A stretch of 60,426 bases of DNA, the filler included, from Catajapyx aquilonaris (Eukaryota): the NCBI GenBank assembly GCA_000934665.2. It is 3 parts of 3 records of this genome, joined end to end, with 100 filler letters (N's around TTAATTAATTAA, not from the genome) between each part and the next. Parts side by side here need not be neighbours in the genome. Positions count along the whole stretch, not along the records: positions 20,165 to 40,267 come from JYFJ02006337.1; positions 40,368 to 60,426 come from JYFJ02006340.1; 1 more part is not named here. The stretch is one strand, 5' to 3'. Shown piece by piece: positions 36,487 to 51,000 of this stretch (positions are counted from its first letter, which is position 1; each line of letters starts with the position of its first letter). A program made the translations under genes and the position numbers. The notes beneath the pieces were generated by a model, which did not search any database, had not been told where the DNA came from, and saw nothing but the letters and a program-made list of their open reading frames with translations.

Positions 36487-37196
36487 TGTGAGAGGCTGAG
36501 AAAGGCTGGGAGGGAGGGTGAGCCTATAGGCAGCCAGCCAATGCTATAGTATGTATAGGTGAGTGCGGCTTGGCGGTGGGGGGAATAGAGGGGGGGAATA
36601 GGGGGGGGGAGTGGGGGAAAGCGGGGGTTCCGGGGGGAGGACTGGGGCGCATGGGTTTTCCAGGAGCTTACTCCGTGTGCGGGCCTAGTTTGGACCAGGA
36701 GGGCCCTGTCTTTGTCGAAAGGGGGAGTCACACTATGACCAGTTTGGCTCAATGGGGTTGAATGGGAGTGCTCGCGAGTGCGACGGGTCATGTGACCCCG
36801 ACTGGTGCCCGGGTCCTCCGTGACCCGGAAGATGGTGGTGACCCCGGCGCCAGTGAGGATGACCTCGACCGGTGCAGGGGTTGTTGCGGAGAAGTCTTCC
36901 CCTTAGCCTTCCACTAAAAAGAAAGGGCAAAAAAATAGTGTGGAGGCACTATCCGTTTAGCGGAACCCTTAGTCTATTGTAGTAGTCCCATAAAAGTAGC
37001 ATAAGTGGCGGGGATAATGTGGCAAAGTGGGGGTATGGGGGGCCACGGGGGCCAGAACCCGTGGATGAAGTTGATGGGTATTGTTCACAAGGGGGAGCGG
37101 AGGTCAACACGTGCTGGAGGTCACGAGTCGTCCAGCACGGCGGCCACCACGGACAAGAGCCTCAATCAGTAAGTTGACAACCACGAGGTTTTCACC
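36487..37196. mobile_element. GC-rich ~700-bp island, possibly a solo LTR or other retroelement fragment
   Basis: Abrupt GC rise, TGTGAGA...TTTCAC ends, T-run then TGGCG (PBS-like) just downstream. No TSD seen. Confidence 0.3.
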
Positions 37197-40100
37197 TTTT
37201 TTCTTTCTTTTTGGCGGGGATCAACCCTATTGGAGGATTAGAAGCTCAAATTGAAAAAAAAAGAAAGAAAACGAAAGAGAGAGAAGACAGAATCAATACT
37301 ACTGAAACCAAATTAGGCGGGAAGAAGGGGATTCCTTATGAAAATTAGGCAGAAGGAAAGATAACCTTCCACTCAATATTTGAATGGTAAGTGTCCATGG
37401 AAGCACAACTGGATGGATGGAATAATTGAAGGTTAATATTGCAAGGGTGATGTCTGGAAAAATATTCTCGTTTCTCTCATTTTGGACAGTAATAACACAA
37501 AATAGTGGCACAGGACCAAAACTTTGATGCAGAATGGGCTGGCTGCCATTATTTTATCGAAATTTACCTGGCACTGTAGGAAGGACATCGTGCTGCGGTA
37601 CTGAAGATATATCAGATTCAGATATATTCCCATCAAATAAGTCGCATATTGATTAATATACGAATGAATTGAACTGAACAATTTGCTTAAAAGCCAGATA
37701 AATATCGTGGCCATTAGAGAATAGTCATGTTCAATAAAAAATGACAATTCATTGTTATTTTGCACCTCTCCTCTTATTGACACTGCTCAATATTATACCT
37801 AATAATGCAGGCATGCTTCAATGACGTGGTTCGCAGGGGGTATCCCCTAGGGATAGGGCAATAAATAATAATAATAATGTAAAATCCTTCTACTGGAAGC
37901 ACCTAATGCAAAGAGGGAATGAAAAGGATTTTCCTCCCCTTTGAGCGTCTTATGTTTAATTAACTAATGCACTAATAGGCATATAAGGCCCAACTTAACA
38001 GTGGTTAATGTTAATGAAACAGCTAGAATTGGAGGGATAGTATATGAGCCTGTTCGTATTCAGATGAAGGCATCGTCCACCTGAATTCTGCTCTTCAAAG
38101 GGCAGAGTAGAGTTGCGATCAGGTAAGAGGTCATTTTTTTGACGAGGTCATTCTGGACTAAAATATTGCACTGAATAGCATTTTGTACTGGATTCACCTC
38201 CACATAACGCGAGCCAAACTTCCTATGGACTCCCCGTCCTTTGAGATCATAACGTAAGTTATGGACAGGTCCTGGCTTGGACATTGTCAATGTGTACCCC
38301 ATTCCATTTCAGGACAAAAAAAAAATCGCATGCGTGGGAGTGAAGGGCTAGTGAAAGGGACGCCAAGTGCAAAAGTATGGGGGTATGATCAATGAGGCAG
38401 TAAAATTACACATGAAAGGCCAGAAATTCATGCAAATATTCTGTCCATTGCATCCAAAATATGAACTGTACAAAATGTTGACTTAGATAGTTGACCAAAA
38501 GTCTTCGATGGAGGTATTGTAATTTTCTACAGATGAAAGCAGAAACTGAATACATTATAATATATCTAGCTACAAAGTGCTGCGTTGTACATCGAAATAA
38601 TCGATAAATAATTTGCAGTTAGACTGCACAGGTGTCTGCCTTTCCTTCCACTCGACATACCGCAAAAGGTACGGTACTACAGTATACGAACTACAAAATG
38701 ACGTGTCCATCCAACACATGCTATCAGAAATTATTGAATATATTGCTAATTCGCATTAGTACTTCCTAGTCTTGAACCTGCTTTTATATAACAGTTTATG
38801 GTCACGTAAGAAACGAGTTATTGAACAAAAGGGCATTATAGCTTAGCAGTTTATGAGATCACAGATGACTTGGCCCTTATGCAGTCAAGTGCAAACTTTA
38901 AAAAAAATATATAACATCAAAAGCAGACGTCCGGATGCGTGACTTTTGATTGTGTGGGTACGCAAATAACCTAACAGCTGGTGGCCCTACTGATGGGGAC
39001 TGCCTTTCATGCATTTTGATATCGACGCAGATCAATTGATCCCTGGTCTCTCAAATATTAAAAAAGAGAAAACGAGATACGTTAGCTTTTGTCGATCTCA
39101 ATATACAATTCAGCACGAAACGCTGAATGGGACATTGCAAAAGCTAGATTTCAAGTTAATAAGAACGTGTCGACTTATTTCATGCGCTGCATGGGACCTG
39201 TTATCGAGTTCGTGCCTACACTGATGTTGCATAAGCGACACGTACTGTACAGTTTTGGTGCGAACTATTGACACGTCCCAATTTCTGTCAACAAATGGAT
39301 ACCTAGTGTTTTGGGGAATGACAAATGAGTCTTGTTGGAAGGGAGGGGGGGAGGGGGTGTAAAATTGCTAACTCATTTTGGACGTCTGTTTTGAATGGCT
39401 AAAATTCAAGGTGCAACATTGGAGTAACGCTTGTGTTTATTGATTAAACTGCTTATTATTATGCTAACTAATTCTGAACAGCCCAAAGTCATGACTGATT
39501 TTGGTCTCTTCATGGAGTATATAGGATAGGAACGTTTTGAAATACGCCATGTTGCAACCACTTATGCGTAGGTCTACTCGTCCTGTAAGAATATGAACTT
39601 CATCAGTCGACTGCACACCAAATTCAGTAATTTACTGCTGATTGTTCATTCATGACGATACATTTGCATAATTTGCAAATCTTTAGGTCCGTTGCCACCG
39701 GAACAGCAAACACATGTACATATAATGTATGAATCCACTAACGAGACACTATGCTGCACTAAAAAAATTAGATTTGGTAATACCTTTTTCAAATTGGTTC
39801 TTAAATGAAGGGTTATCAGTGAATAGTAAAATAATGCCCTAATTATTGAATCATAGTTATTTCCACAGTGTAGAAACCTAACCCAAACCACATACAGTGT
39901 CCTGGCTGGACATCCCTAGATTTCTGAGATACCCTGAAATTTCGACCTCGAAAAGTAAGGTGCTTTCTGATGAAATTGCGGAAAAACCTAACATAAATTG
40001 TACGGTGCAATCGTGGTAAAACTAGGGCAAAAAACATCCGCCAGCTCATTGCATTCAAATTACGCACAGAATTTTCGCGAGAAAAATATTCTGCTGCAAA

Positions 40101-40267
40101 TTTCACCCCAAATTGGGCTGGTATGCGCCTTTTAGAAATTTAATTTTCACCCCAGCTCAAATGGTCTGTATCGGAAAAAAAAGTCAGAATGGGTGACTTG
40201 AGATTTTCCCAGGTCTTCCACCATTTTTCCCTGATGTTAATGAGAGGAGGGGAAGGTATGCCTAGCC

Positions 40268-40367
40268 NNNNNNNNNNNNNNNNNNNNNNNNNNNNNNNNN
40301 NNNNNNNNNNNTTAATTAATTAANNNNNNNNNNNNNNNNNNNNNNNNNNNNNNNNNNNNNNNNNNNN
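40268..40367. other. Artificial contig linker (44 N + TTAATTAATTAA + 44 N)
   Basis: Same structure as 20065-20163. Confidence 0.95.
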
Positions 40368-42415
40368 ATTTTTACTTGTTAACATATTTTACTGTCACTA
40401 TTCAACAGGTGTCTGACTGGGTAAGGATAAGGTCACATCCTCAACCAGTCACTGTGGGATTTATCTTGATTGACATCCCGACATGAATCAAAGGTCAAGA
40501 CACAAGGAGCTACACCATAGGTCAGCAAAATGGCATGTAATGGCATTAAATTCTCATCCAACAAATTATTTACTTCTCATTTTCTGTAAAGAATGTTCCA
40601 TGCAGATGTAAGCTGAGAAAAAAATATCGAGGCTAATATTAGAGCGATTACTGTGGAATGTTATTTCTGTTACATGCAGTATTCAAATAACGCAGTGCCA
40701 GTCACGCATCTGCGCACATTACCAATAAAGCATAATATTACTGAACTAACAATTTGACTTTCAATTCACCTAACCTATTCATATGTAAACTTTTTATATC
40801 CAAAGCAACATGTGACACTGCCAATAAAAGAAGAAGAAAAAAACTGACAGTGTCACAAATCAAGTATATTGCTTGTTTGTATCTACATTTCAAATCAAGA
40901 GCAGCAAAGTCCATTTTCACCACCGCCTCAGACGTCAGTTCCGTCAAACTTCAAGAGAGCCCAAGTTCCCAAAAGTTTCAATATACCATGTTTCTACCTC
41001 ATTTGAGTCAAACGAGCTTCCCACCAAATTGGAACATGTAATTGAGCTTCGTAAATAAAAGTTTCACGATTGTGCACGTGAGGTGCCCCTAATAATAAGC
41101 TTCCAAAGTCCCAGCCACCCGGGACTTATCATAGTTAGCTCACATGGCCGATGCCTGTCCCATGAAATTGATAACATAGTCTGTGATGTTTCGACATTGC
41201 TGCGTACATGAATTTACATTTTCTGTTATCAGTGATGACTCAGCAGTAATAAATCACAAACTGTTCATGCCAATCACTCCCATTATTTCAGTGTATAGTA
41301 ATAATTATGAGTTTTATGTAAATATTTAACATGCGTATTTAATTGGCTCATATGAAAGTTTCCTCGGATGAGCAAAATTCTGAATGATCTGTGGACTTCG
41401 CTCGGAGATAACAATAGTCTGGCCACCACCATAGTAAATACAGCCCTTTGTACCTGTCAGGCGATCATCCCAAACATGCAACCTCTTTGTCTGTCCTCCC
41501 CAATGTAATCAGTGTGCCAGTGTACTTTGTCATTCACGTGAAAAGCATGAGGATACCACAACAATGCATGGCATCTCATTAAAAATTCAGTTTATTTCAA
41601 GTGAGGCTCCAGGCTTGGAAAAACAGTATGTCCTCAGTTACATTGGCATTCACGGGGGGGCCTGCATTCACTGCCAAGGTCAGCGATTGCATAACATCAA
41701 GTACCACTCAGGTGTGTTCAAAATAGGGCAAGTTAGTCGTATTGGCTTTCACGTGAATCGACACTGAAGAAAAATTCAGAAATCCACCTCTCTCATTAAA
41801 TTTCCCTGTTATCTTTACAGCGCTAAAATTAATAATAATAAACTTATGTAACTTATGTAAACTTATGAACGAGTCCTATATATGAGCATAACCATTTACG
41901 GCATTAAATTACAAATACTGTAGCACAAATTCCCTGCAAACCTAAGAAAATAAATCACGGGTTATAACCCTACCATAAGATTGACTATTTCATGTGGGAG
42001 CCTGTGATGTAAAGGTCGCAACTAAAGGCAAAGCAGTGCTAAGAAAAGCTGCAAAAGTCCTCCATTTCACCAACAGTATAATATTAATTCCTAGAACACC
42101 AAATTATCAAATCCTTTCTTATAAACATTACATTTGGATATCAAATTATTGCAAAATCTGTGAATATTTCCCATAACGAGCATAATTTCTCCATATGTGA
42201 CAAATTTCCCCTGGCCCAAACAAGAATTTCATGACGGACAAGTTATTGCATAGAAACATTTTGGTATGTAAATACTGCTCTATTTAAACATTACAAAGTA
42301 CTCTGAAATTTCACGTTCACTGAACCTGCACTATGTATATTCTCAAATATTGTGTGTTGAAGGACCTTTGCAGAACTAAGCCTGCTACTTTTTTTACTGC
42401 CAAAACCAAGCTCAC

Positions 42416-42745
42416 ATCTGAATTGTCCAGCATACTGGCACTCTCTGGAGTGCTGGGAAGCGGGCATCCGACACCCTCATCCTCGAAGCTATCGTCTTCT
42501 CCACCCAAAAGATCCTCAACATCTGGAAATTCAGGCAGCTCCAAGTCACAGTCTGTCAAGCTATCGTCGTCTTCATCGTCTTCGTGGCACCTATCATCCT
42601 CACTCCTCTCACTCTCCTCTTCCAAGTCTGAGAAAGTCTTCGTCAAACTCTTTGGGTTTAGATGCTCAAGTTCGAGTGTGTCCAGGGCATCCTCAAATTC
42701 ACAGTCACTTTGGGAATTTGACGTGTTATGAACTGACGTTGCCAT
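42416..42745 (-). CDS. Probable first coding exon (110 codons) of an unidentified protein with an acidic, FFAT-like N-terminus
   Basis: ATG in ACAATGG context, upstream acceptor TTGTTTTGCAG (exon from 42795, in-frame stop before the ATG), donor GAT|GTGAGC at 42415. Strong D/E/S bias ends at the donor. A candidate next acceptor TTTTTCTTCAG at 41764 would add CRFT*. Confidence 0.65.
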
Positions 42746-43769
42746 TGTAGCGCAGTACCCAAAAAAATTTGTTGATAGTTAAGTTGGCGTGAACCCTGCA
42801 AAACAAGAGCAGACTATGAGTGGAAGCCGAAAGGCTGCAGGTCTGCAGCATATGCCGCTAATGACGTGCAAGCAGCTGAACCAGCCTTTCATGTGCTGCG
42901 CTGAATATTTAAATACCTTTGGATGGAAGTACTGTGGCTAGCATTGTGTGCAAGTGTTTGGTACGATTATTTAGCGAATTGTACTAAAATTGACAAGTGT
43001 AATAAACAGTTTTCATTTGACATAGTCAAGCAAGTATCAAGCGTACTGTCACACCCAACATCATTAGGACACGCTTACAACTTAATGTAATTAACAATAT
43101 CCTGACTTAAGATGTGAACGGGAACCAATGCATAACTGATCATTACAAAAATGTCACCTTCGAAATGACTGCTCCGCTACATTACCATGCAGAAAATTCA
43201 CGAGTGCTCCCATTCCTAAATTATGATACAACACTTTTGTCATATATGTCATTAACTATAGCAACAGTTGTGGTGGAAACATCCTTGGCACAGTTAACAA
43301 TTAAAAATAACAAATAGCGATGCTCACCATTTGGAGTGCGGCCCATTGAACCCAATTTGGCCAAGGTTGAACTGTGCGAATCCCTTGCAAAATTTTAACA
43401 CTGCCACACAGGTCATAACTAGTGATGCAAATACATATCTTACACCATGATTGCGGATCGAATTAACCAACAGTTGCGGGCTGAATTAACAAATAGTTGA
43501 CCCCCATCTTTGTTATGTAAGTACACCTAAGTACGTCAATGATTGCAAAATGCATGATTTGAATTTATTCCTCAAGGTTGTACTTTTTATTACTGTACTT
43601 ACATATCTACGTACACGACATGCACTCGGTCGATGCATGATACGATGCATAACTACATGAAGTGCAAAGAAAGTTTTTTTCTCGGATGGCTATAATAGAC
43701 TCAAAAGGCCGGTCCCGTCACTTACATATATGGCCTGTGGCTACAACAGACTGATTTCCACCGTACACA

Positions 43770-43868
43770 TCATCAAATGTCGCAAGTCATTTTGTCGTAA
43801 CCGGCCGTAACCATAGTTAGTTAATTATTAGTAACTACGGTTACGACGAAATTACGACATTTGATGAA
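43770..43868. mobile_element. Small degenerate MITE/hairpin
   Basis: CATCAAATGTCG..ATTTTGTCGTAACC mirrored by GGTTACGACGAAAT..CGACATTTGATG. Confidence 0.6.
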
Positions 43869-44741
43869 TCCACCGCCTGTGCAAGCTGTAAGTGCACGAC
43901 ACGATAAGTACAACGCAAGGCCACCCAATATTTTTCATAATATGTTGTTGTGGTTGCACATTCACAAGGGAATCAGGTACCGATCAGATCGGTCACATTG
44001 ATCCAAAAAATTGCGCAACACAAAGCATGCAACCGACCAAATCGCAAGTGTCTTCATCCTGCAATATTAAATATTCACCACACTTCTGCAATGTGTGCGA
44101 ATTTTGCTGGGGTTTCCCTTGGTGGCCAAATCATTGTCCGCACTGGTTTCTTTTTATCAACCGTGCGTCATATGTTAATGTTGCACAATGTTGTGTCTTT
44201 AAGCATCCCTGCCCCCGAGGCCGCCCCTGGGCCCTTTGCCCTTGTAGTATGAATCCTTTTCTGCCCCACACCACCACAATATAAACCTAGGCCTAGCTGT
44301 GTTACCTGAGCGTCTGTTGCAAAATTGGCACACAGCAGATCACAGGCTGAACCCACACATCTGGAGGGTTGTGTACGTACAAAAAAAAAAGATGTCCCAC
44401 TTCTTTTGTCTCTCTCCGTACAACACGACAAAAGTGTCCTACGCACTCCCCCGTACAGCTGACTGATGTAGTCTGCTTTTTGTGAGCTTCAAAAAATCCC
44501 TTGTGCGCAGCTGGATCCGCGCAGTGATGACGACTGCTGGTGGGTGGCAAGGGGAGGGTCTTTTCAAAAAGGCAACACTGTAGCACTGGCTGGTACAACA
44601 CAACAACACGGTACCGCGACGAAACTGAATGAGACACACCTCCAGGGAGTTTCCTTTTTATGTGGTACGACAGTCACGTGTACTACTGCGTCTTCAAGAT
44701 AAGCGAGCGATGGGGTACGCCTATGACGTCACATAAAAGGT

Positions 44742-44920
44742 GGACGGTGTTATGCAATAATGGGTCAACCCACAAAAAACCTGTCAAAGGAGCATATACC
44801 CAAAGGATACGCTGGTGAAATCTGCATACTAGGACACTGAATTAATTTCATAAAATGTATGACCTGCTTCAATTTTTTTTTTCAAATCTGGGGTTGACTC
44901 ATTATTGCATAACACAGTCC
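44742..44920. mobile_element. Shorter, inverted member of the 20904-21375 MITE family
   Basis: Same TIR GGACGGTGTTATGCAATAATG..TCAACC; internal CACTGAATTAATTTCA and ACGCTGGTGAAAT match the 20904 copy in reverse complement. Confidence 0.85.
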
Positions 44921-44956
44921 ATTTGTCCTGTGCGCTTCTTTAAAAAAAATGTAAAT

Positions 44957-45073
44957 GGGTGGAATTTTCGTCCCACTGCTAGTTACTGCTAATGTGCTGC
45001 TAACTTAACTGCCTATGTAATGGCACTTCTAAGTAATAAGTAGCAAGGAGACGAAATGCCGAAAATTCCACCC
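44957..45073. mobile_element. 117-bp MITE with AAAT TSD (Sola1-like)
   Basis: Perfect 14-bp TIR GGGTGGAATTTTCG / CGAAAATTCCACCC; AAAT directly repeated on both sides. Confidence 0.75.
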
Positions 45074-48000
45074 AAATGTTAACATGACGTGTGCATATGC
45101 ATTAACAATAGGCGCGTTTCCAGTGTATAGATCGGCCGGTAGACTCCCTGCACCTGTCTGTTGTTATGAGCTCCTGGCAATAGTCGGCGGATAAAATCAA
45201 GCATTTGTAGCTAATATCTATAGAGCTACTCTCAATGACGTAACCGTTTCGGTGATGTGGGCGCGAATTGAAAAGAAGGATGTTTTTTTGCTGCGCAGTT
45301 GTTTTGCGAGTTGTTCATGATGCTTGCCAGGTCTCATCAGTGTTTGTTTCGCGCGCATAAAATTATGTAACATAAACCTTCACCTGTATGCCGGTACGGG
45401 GTTTGAAATTTCAAGCGGTTAATTGCGAATGAAATGGACCTCGTTAATAATTATAGACTCTTCAATAGCCCCACCTATACACTCACTATAGTTCGTTGTC
45501 CGCGAGGGTTAGCACACTGAACTAACCAATAAAAATATCCTCATTAATTCACACTCTGGAAGCAATGAAATCAATCTAACTTATTGACTCCTATTGTCCT
45601 TATCGCCCCCTTTGGTTCTAATGCGAGAGGTCGTTGCACCAAAAGTTCGCAATATTTATTGTGCTGGACTTTTTAGCAACTCGGACCGGTCGTGCAACTT
45701 TTAACAGGGTATGCCGTAAGTCCCTCCGCACATTATAACAGGGCCTGGTTCTCGAGCTGAGGCGTCACTGTTATATTTTTAATGGACAACTTGTTACACT
45801 TGTTAATTGTGTCTGGGTGTGCTTGTAATTTACTGTCATTAGTCTGCAACTGAAAGCTGGGTGAGCATGGTCACATTTCCGGGCTAATTGTGGCGCAATT
45901 GAAGTAGACATTTCCTCTCAAATAATTGTTACCTTATGTAGAATGTTTGAATACACAAATTGGTTGCATGATATAAATATTTATTTTGCATTGAACGTGT
46001 GCTAATAAATTTAATTGTAGCCTAATGAAAGGTATGAATATCCTCCTGTAAATTACTCTAGAAGTAATACATCACTTCCTGCAATAAATTTTAGGATCAT
46101 AAATAATTCTCCAATTCGTTAAGCTGACCACACTTCTGGCAGGTGCAGGAGAGAGTGTCCATTTCCTCGATACAGTCTGTCGCAACTGTTAAGATTCACC
46201 ATTATATAGGCTTTGACACTACAAGCTCTTGCGTAGCCACCGAATTTCTTATCATTGCATTTTGTTCACACCCAAGAGTCTATAAGATCAATACGCGAAA
46301 TTTATACAAAATGTAAGAGTGAGAGTGCAACCTGCCTCAAAAATTCATTTCGAGAGAGAAAAGCGGCCATTTTCCATATTTCTTTCCGCGGAACTGCGAA
46401 AGCATTTTTTGTACCCTTCCGGGTCCACTAAATCCGCTGTTATTCTTTTCCGCCTCACTTTCCAGCTTTTTTGGAGCACAAGGCGCACTTATAGTCTGCC
46501 TTAAAATTCGGTTGAAAATTTAATACAGTCCCAGCAATGGGTATATACCTGAATAATGTAAGAAGAAATTGTGAAGTATATGTCGCTTACTTTCAATGCG
46601 CGAGTTATCCACAGCCCGAAAACATTGTCAAGTGATCCTATCCGACCAAGTATGTACCGGTATGTAAAAACATGCTGGCTGGAATCTCAAGTCGGTGTAG
46701 CATGAGGCGTAATTCCTGCATTGCACAAGACAGCTTATTTTTGAACCCAACTTCTCTGCCGCAGCTAATCTTGACAATATATTTAGAAATAAAACCACAC
46801 TGTATTTTTCTTTTTTTTTTCATTTAGGCACACTCTTCAAGCTTGGGGTTATAATATACGCTGTAACTTTTACTTTTATGTTTATGACATTCCCTCTAAC
46901 CCAGTCTAACGGAAAAGGACGACTAACGCGCAAAGTGCATGTCCGTGTTCCAGAGGCCGACCCACAGCTTCATATTAATGCCCGTTCAGAGTCTCATGTA
47001 CACAAGTGAACTGCGTTGCAACCTCCGCATTATCGCAGGCTCTAAAACTTTCGCATATATATATTTTTTTTGTTTGTGAAAAGGGCTGAAAAATATGTTT
47101 TCTTCATAATAATTTATCAAGGGAAGTGAATGAAAACATCGTTTGCCGGATTAAATTTTAATGTGTTGATATTATAATGAAGAAAAAAGCCTAGTTAGAT
47201 AGACCGGTACTGACCACAGTGCACCACAATAGCTAGCAAGCGGCATTGTCTTAATAATTATATGCGTCATTCAATGGTGAGATTTCGCGCCGTATATGTC
47301 ACGCCACATGATAACAGTTCGCGAGGTACGGAATACTCGAGTTTTATCAAATAAACACAACCCTTGAGTTACATAAATCGGAGACAGTTATGTTGTTTAC
47401 TACCTTGATTACGGCGCCGTAACTGACAGATCTCTGATATGTATCGCACCACAAGGTTCTTGTCAAATCCACAAAATATCATCAGATATAAGTTAGCACA
47501 GACTCGAGAAGGGTCGAAGGTCACGGGCCAGGTTCACGTGCGTCTCACGTACACTACGCGAGGGGATAAGTGTGACTGATGATGAGGCTTAGCCTATACA
47601 CGTTTGCGGAATTTCCGATCCCGAGTCACTGTTATAAACCGTACTGTAATCCGGGTCCAAAAGGCCATACTTTTTTCCTGCAATAGACTAACGTTATCTG
47701 CGTGACGTAGTAGGCCGGTTCCGCGTGATGAATATTCACAAAGAGCTTAACATATAGCGAGTTTGAACATTTGAAATAAAAAAATAATTTGGGAACTTAC
47801 CCACTTGATTCGCAATTTTATTTCATCGCGATTAAAGTTACTGACAGTGCCAACAAATAACCATATGAGTCGGACAAGTATTTTGGATCACTCTATATAC
47901 TGCAACAATTATAAAGGAGTACACTGTCAGTTACGGAACCCTTTGTGACCATAACCGTAGTAAGCGCCAATCGATTTTGGTTATGTAATTGTAGTACAAA

Positions 48001-51000
48001 AATGCAACAAAAAAAAGCCTGGAGAAAGTCAACAACCTCAACTCTTCAAACTAATATTAAGTCACGCCATTTAGGTAGTAGTAATAGCTAATTATTATTA
48101 TTACTAAGACACGTGTCAATATATTGCGTTATTATATTATATTATATACGAATCCCTCCAATCTGAGCAGTGAACAGGATCAGGTCATGCCATAAAACCA
48201 GATCACTCATGCCATCTCTGAGCATATGCGTGTCCGTATACAGCACTGCATCCTTGCTGACCGATTGCGAACCTTATTGTATTGGCTGCTATGCAGTACG
48301 GGGCCATATTATTACCACTTTGTTTCATGTTAGATTGCAGGTCTGGCTGTCCATCGATCCACCTTCAAATCGAGCTTGAGTCTGCTCACGGAAGGTGGCG
48401 GATGTGACCTGCAACCGACCTCCTTTGTCAATTATTTTACCCCAGGCTTCAGGCCAGTAAAATCAGAGCACAATATATTATTATTATTTTTAAAGAAATA
48501 CCAAAAACGTCGTGTATTCTACAGGTGTGTAATTTTTTTCCATGAAATTTATTTTACACCTAAACACAGTCCTACATATTTTTTTTCTTCTTTCTTCGAT
48601 GCACCTTTGCGTGATCAGGTCGCATGACCTGAGCCTGCAACTTAAAAGAATTAATCGCTCACCTTTCATTTCAACGTCAAATAGCAATGAGCAATGCTGC
48701 AGTATAATAATAGTAACGACTGGAGAAGGTAGAAAAGCAGTAATAATAAGGGGAGCGGGAAATGCATGGCATGTTATATAGGGTTTCTGTATAGCTCGTG
48801 GCGTAAATCAAGCGTCTCCTTGGCTAGATTGCGATAATTTCCATTTGCGAAGAGTGGGTTCCGCGACCCTGAACCATTTTGCATGCACAAAATATAAATG
48901 CAAAGGCAATGCAAAGGGTTGGTTGGCCTCTTCCGCTATGTGTCTGACCTCCAGACATGGTTCGGATCTCAATTTGGCCTATTTATAATTTACGACACAT
49001 CCGGTGCTATTATACTCCTCAGCAAAGAATTCGCAATTCCTACCGAGGGCCCCCTCATTGCAAAATTGGTAATGTTCTATTATTGTACTCGGGGCGTAGT
49101 ACACCGAGATCGAAGCTGTTTACTTTGGAGTCAGTACAACGCACCGGTAGCTCTATATTTTTAGCTAACAGGCCGCACATTTTACATCAGTAATCATTTG
49201 ATGCCGGCCTATTTTTGCACGGGGACAGTTTCGTCATGTTTTGCACTCTTTTTTTCAATCTCATATATTTCCGCTTGAAAGAACCTTTCTGAGGTGCTAC
49301 TTTTTTCATACAGCTGGGAACCACCCCTTTTGTGCCAGATCAATGGGTAAAAAATGGGCTTGGAAACGTGAGAACGAAGTCGGGAAAGGCCGACTAATGA
49401 AGTCTTTGACTAGTGCAAACACCCTAGTGATTGCGAAAAGAAATGGGTTGGCGTAGTTCTGCAACATTTTGAAAATCGGCAAGAAAAAGTGCGGTGAGAA
49501 ATCAATAGGACCTCGGAGCATAATATATTATAAAGTACTCCCATGTGTGTATAGGAAATTGGAAAGGTCTGTTTCCTTTTCCCCCCCAATTTCTCAGTGG
49601 CTCTTTTCATCTTCTCGCAAAGTCATCTGAGGATATGGAATTTGCACTGCTCCTCAGAGACATATCCGACCTTGGATTGGCCAAAAGGAAGCTGTATATA
49701 TGTAATCGCTTGGAGGAACAACTTGTGGAAGTTTATAAAAAAATAAGCCGGCAAGACTAGCAGATAACGAGGTGGATGCAATAATATCCTGGAAAAAGGG
49801 GGCATTGACCACATTAAAGGATGTGGCAGAATTTTTCCTGCCAGACTTACCATATCAGTACGGGTCTAGAAACATAGCAAATGACATTGAATTACAGTAG
49901 CTCTTATATCACCAACACGTGCAGTGTGATTCACATGGATTAGCTGCAAAAGTCAGCAGTAAGATATCACGGCAAAGTGCATATATGATTCTCTAACAAT
50001 AACGTAATAATCCGGTTGCAATTCAAATAAATGTTTTCTGTTGTAATGTCGCATTTTTCAAGTCGGCTGTATACCTCCTAGAATCTGATGCGTATAGGAG
50101 TGACTGGCGTGTTTCCATAAAATATTTATTACCTGTGATTGCTGTGAACAATCAAGTTCATGTACTATGTATATTGCAGCAGAGCGTAACTGAAGGTCTA
50201 GCTCACATCCATGGAATGTTCATAATATATTCCTAACCTGGGACCTACCTACTATACGATAAATGAAATGGGAAATAAATGGTTGTGTAAACAACGATCA
50301 AAAAATTATGTAGCAGGTGAGAGTTGGGTATGCTTTTCAAACTGTTTTTAAAAATATAAACTGCTTGCTGGAGTTAACAATTTATAACTCCTTCATATAT
50401 CATCCTCTGGAACTATGGACTTGGGCAGAGCACCAGCCTGTGTTAGGAAACTGCAATTTTCTGCTAAAATTATACATATTCACGTTTCGGTACCACCATT
50501 GTGTATACTTAGGGTTAAACTCATGCATTTTGTTAGGGTGGAGCAAGTCTACTGCATATGAATTGACACGACCTTGCGACCTTGACAGCTGCTGTGGAAT
50601 ACATTACTATCACCAAATCACCGCTTTATCAATAACATCTGCAATAACCCCCGGTAAGTAATTGTTTATCAATAGTGCGCAGCATAAGACAAACGAGCTT
50701 CCATTGTGGCAAACCTGCAGTTGACGTCCGTGCAGGTTTCCTCAAATGAAAAGGCAGACGTCGTGATTAATAATATCCATGATTTTAGTTATCCAAGTGT
50801 CAGTACATGGCACGAATAATTTCCCGTTTCCATGTTCATATATATTCGGTATGGTCAGTCCGGGTCATCTATTTACGATATTTTTCTTAGCTGTGGCATA
50901 TAATTTTCGCTGGGCCTCGATGGGTCACGGAAGCCGTGCTCTTCTGACCTTTGTCCTCAAGGTGTCTCCGCATGGAACCTGAACTTATACAGAAACCCAG

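Noticed and set aside
42333..42731. Ser-rich + strand ORF (likewise the + strand ORFs at 56120-57099)
   Set aside because: Antisense shadows of, or GC-rich flanks next to, the better-supported minus-strand coding exons.
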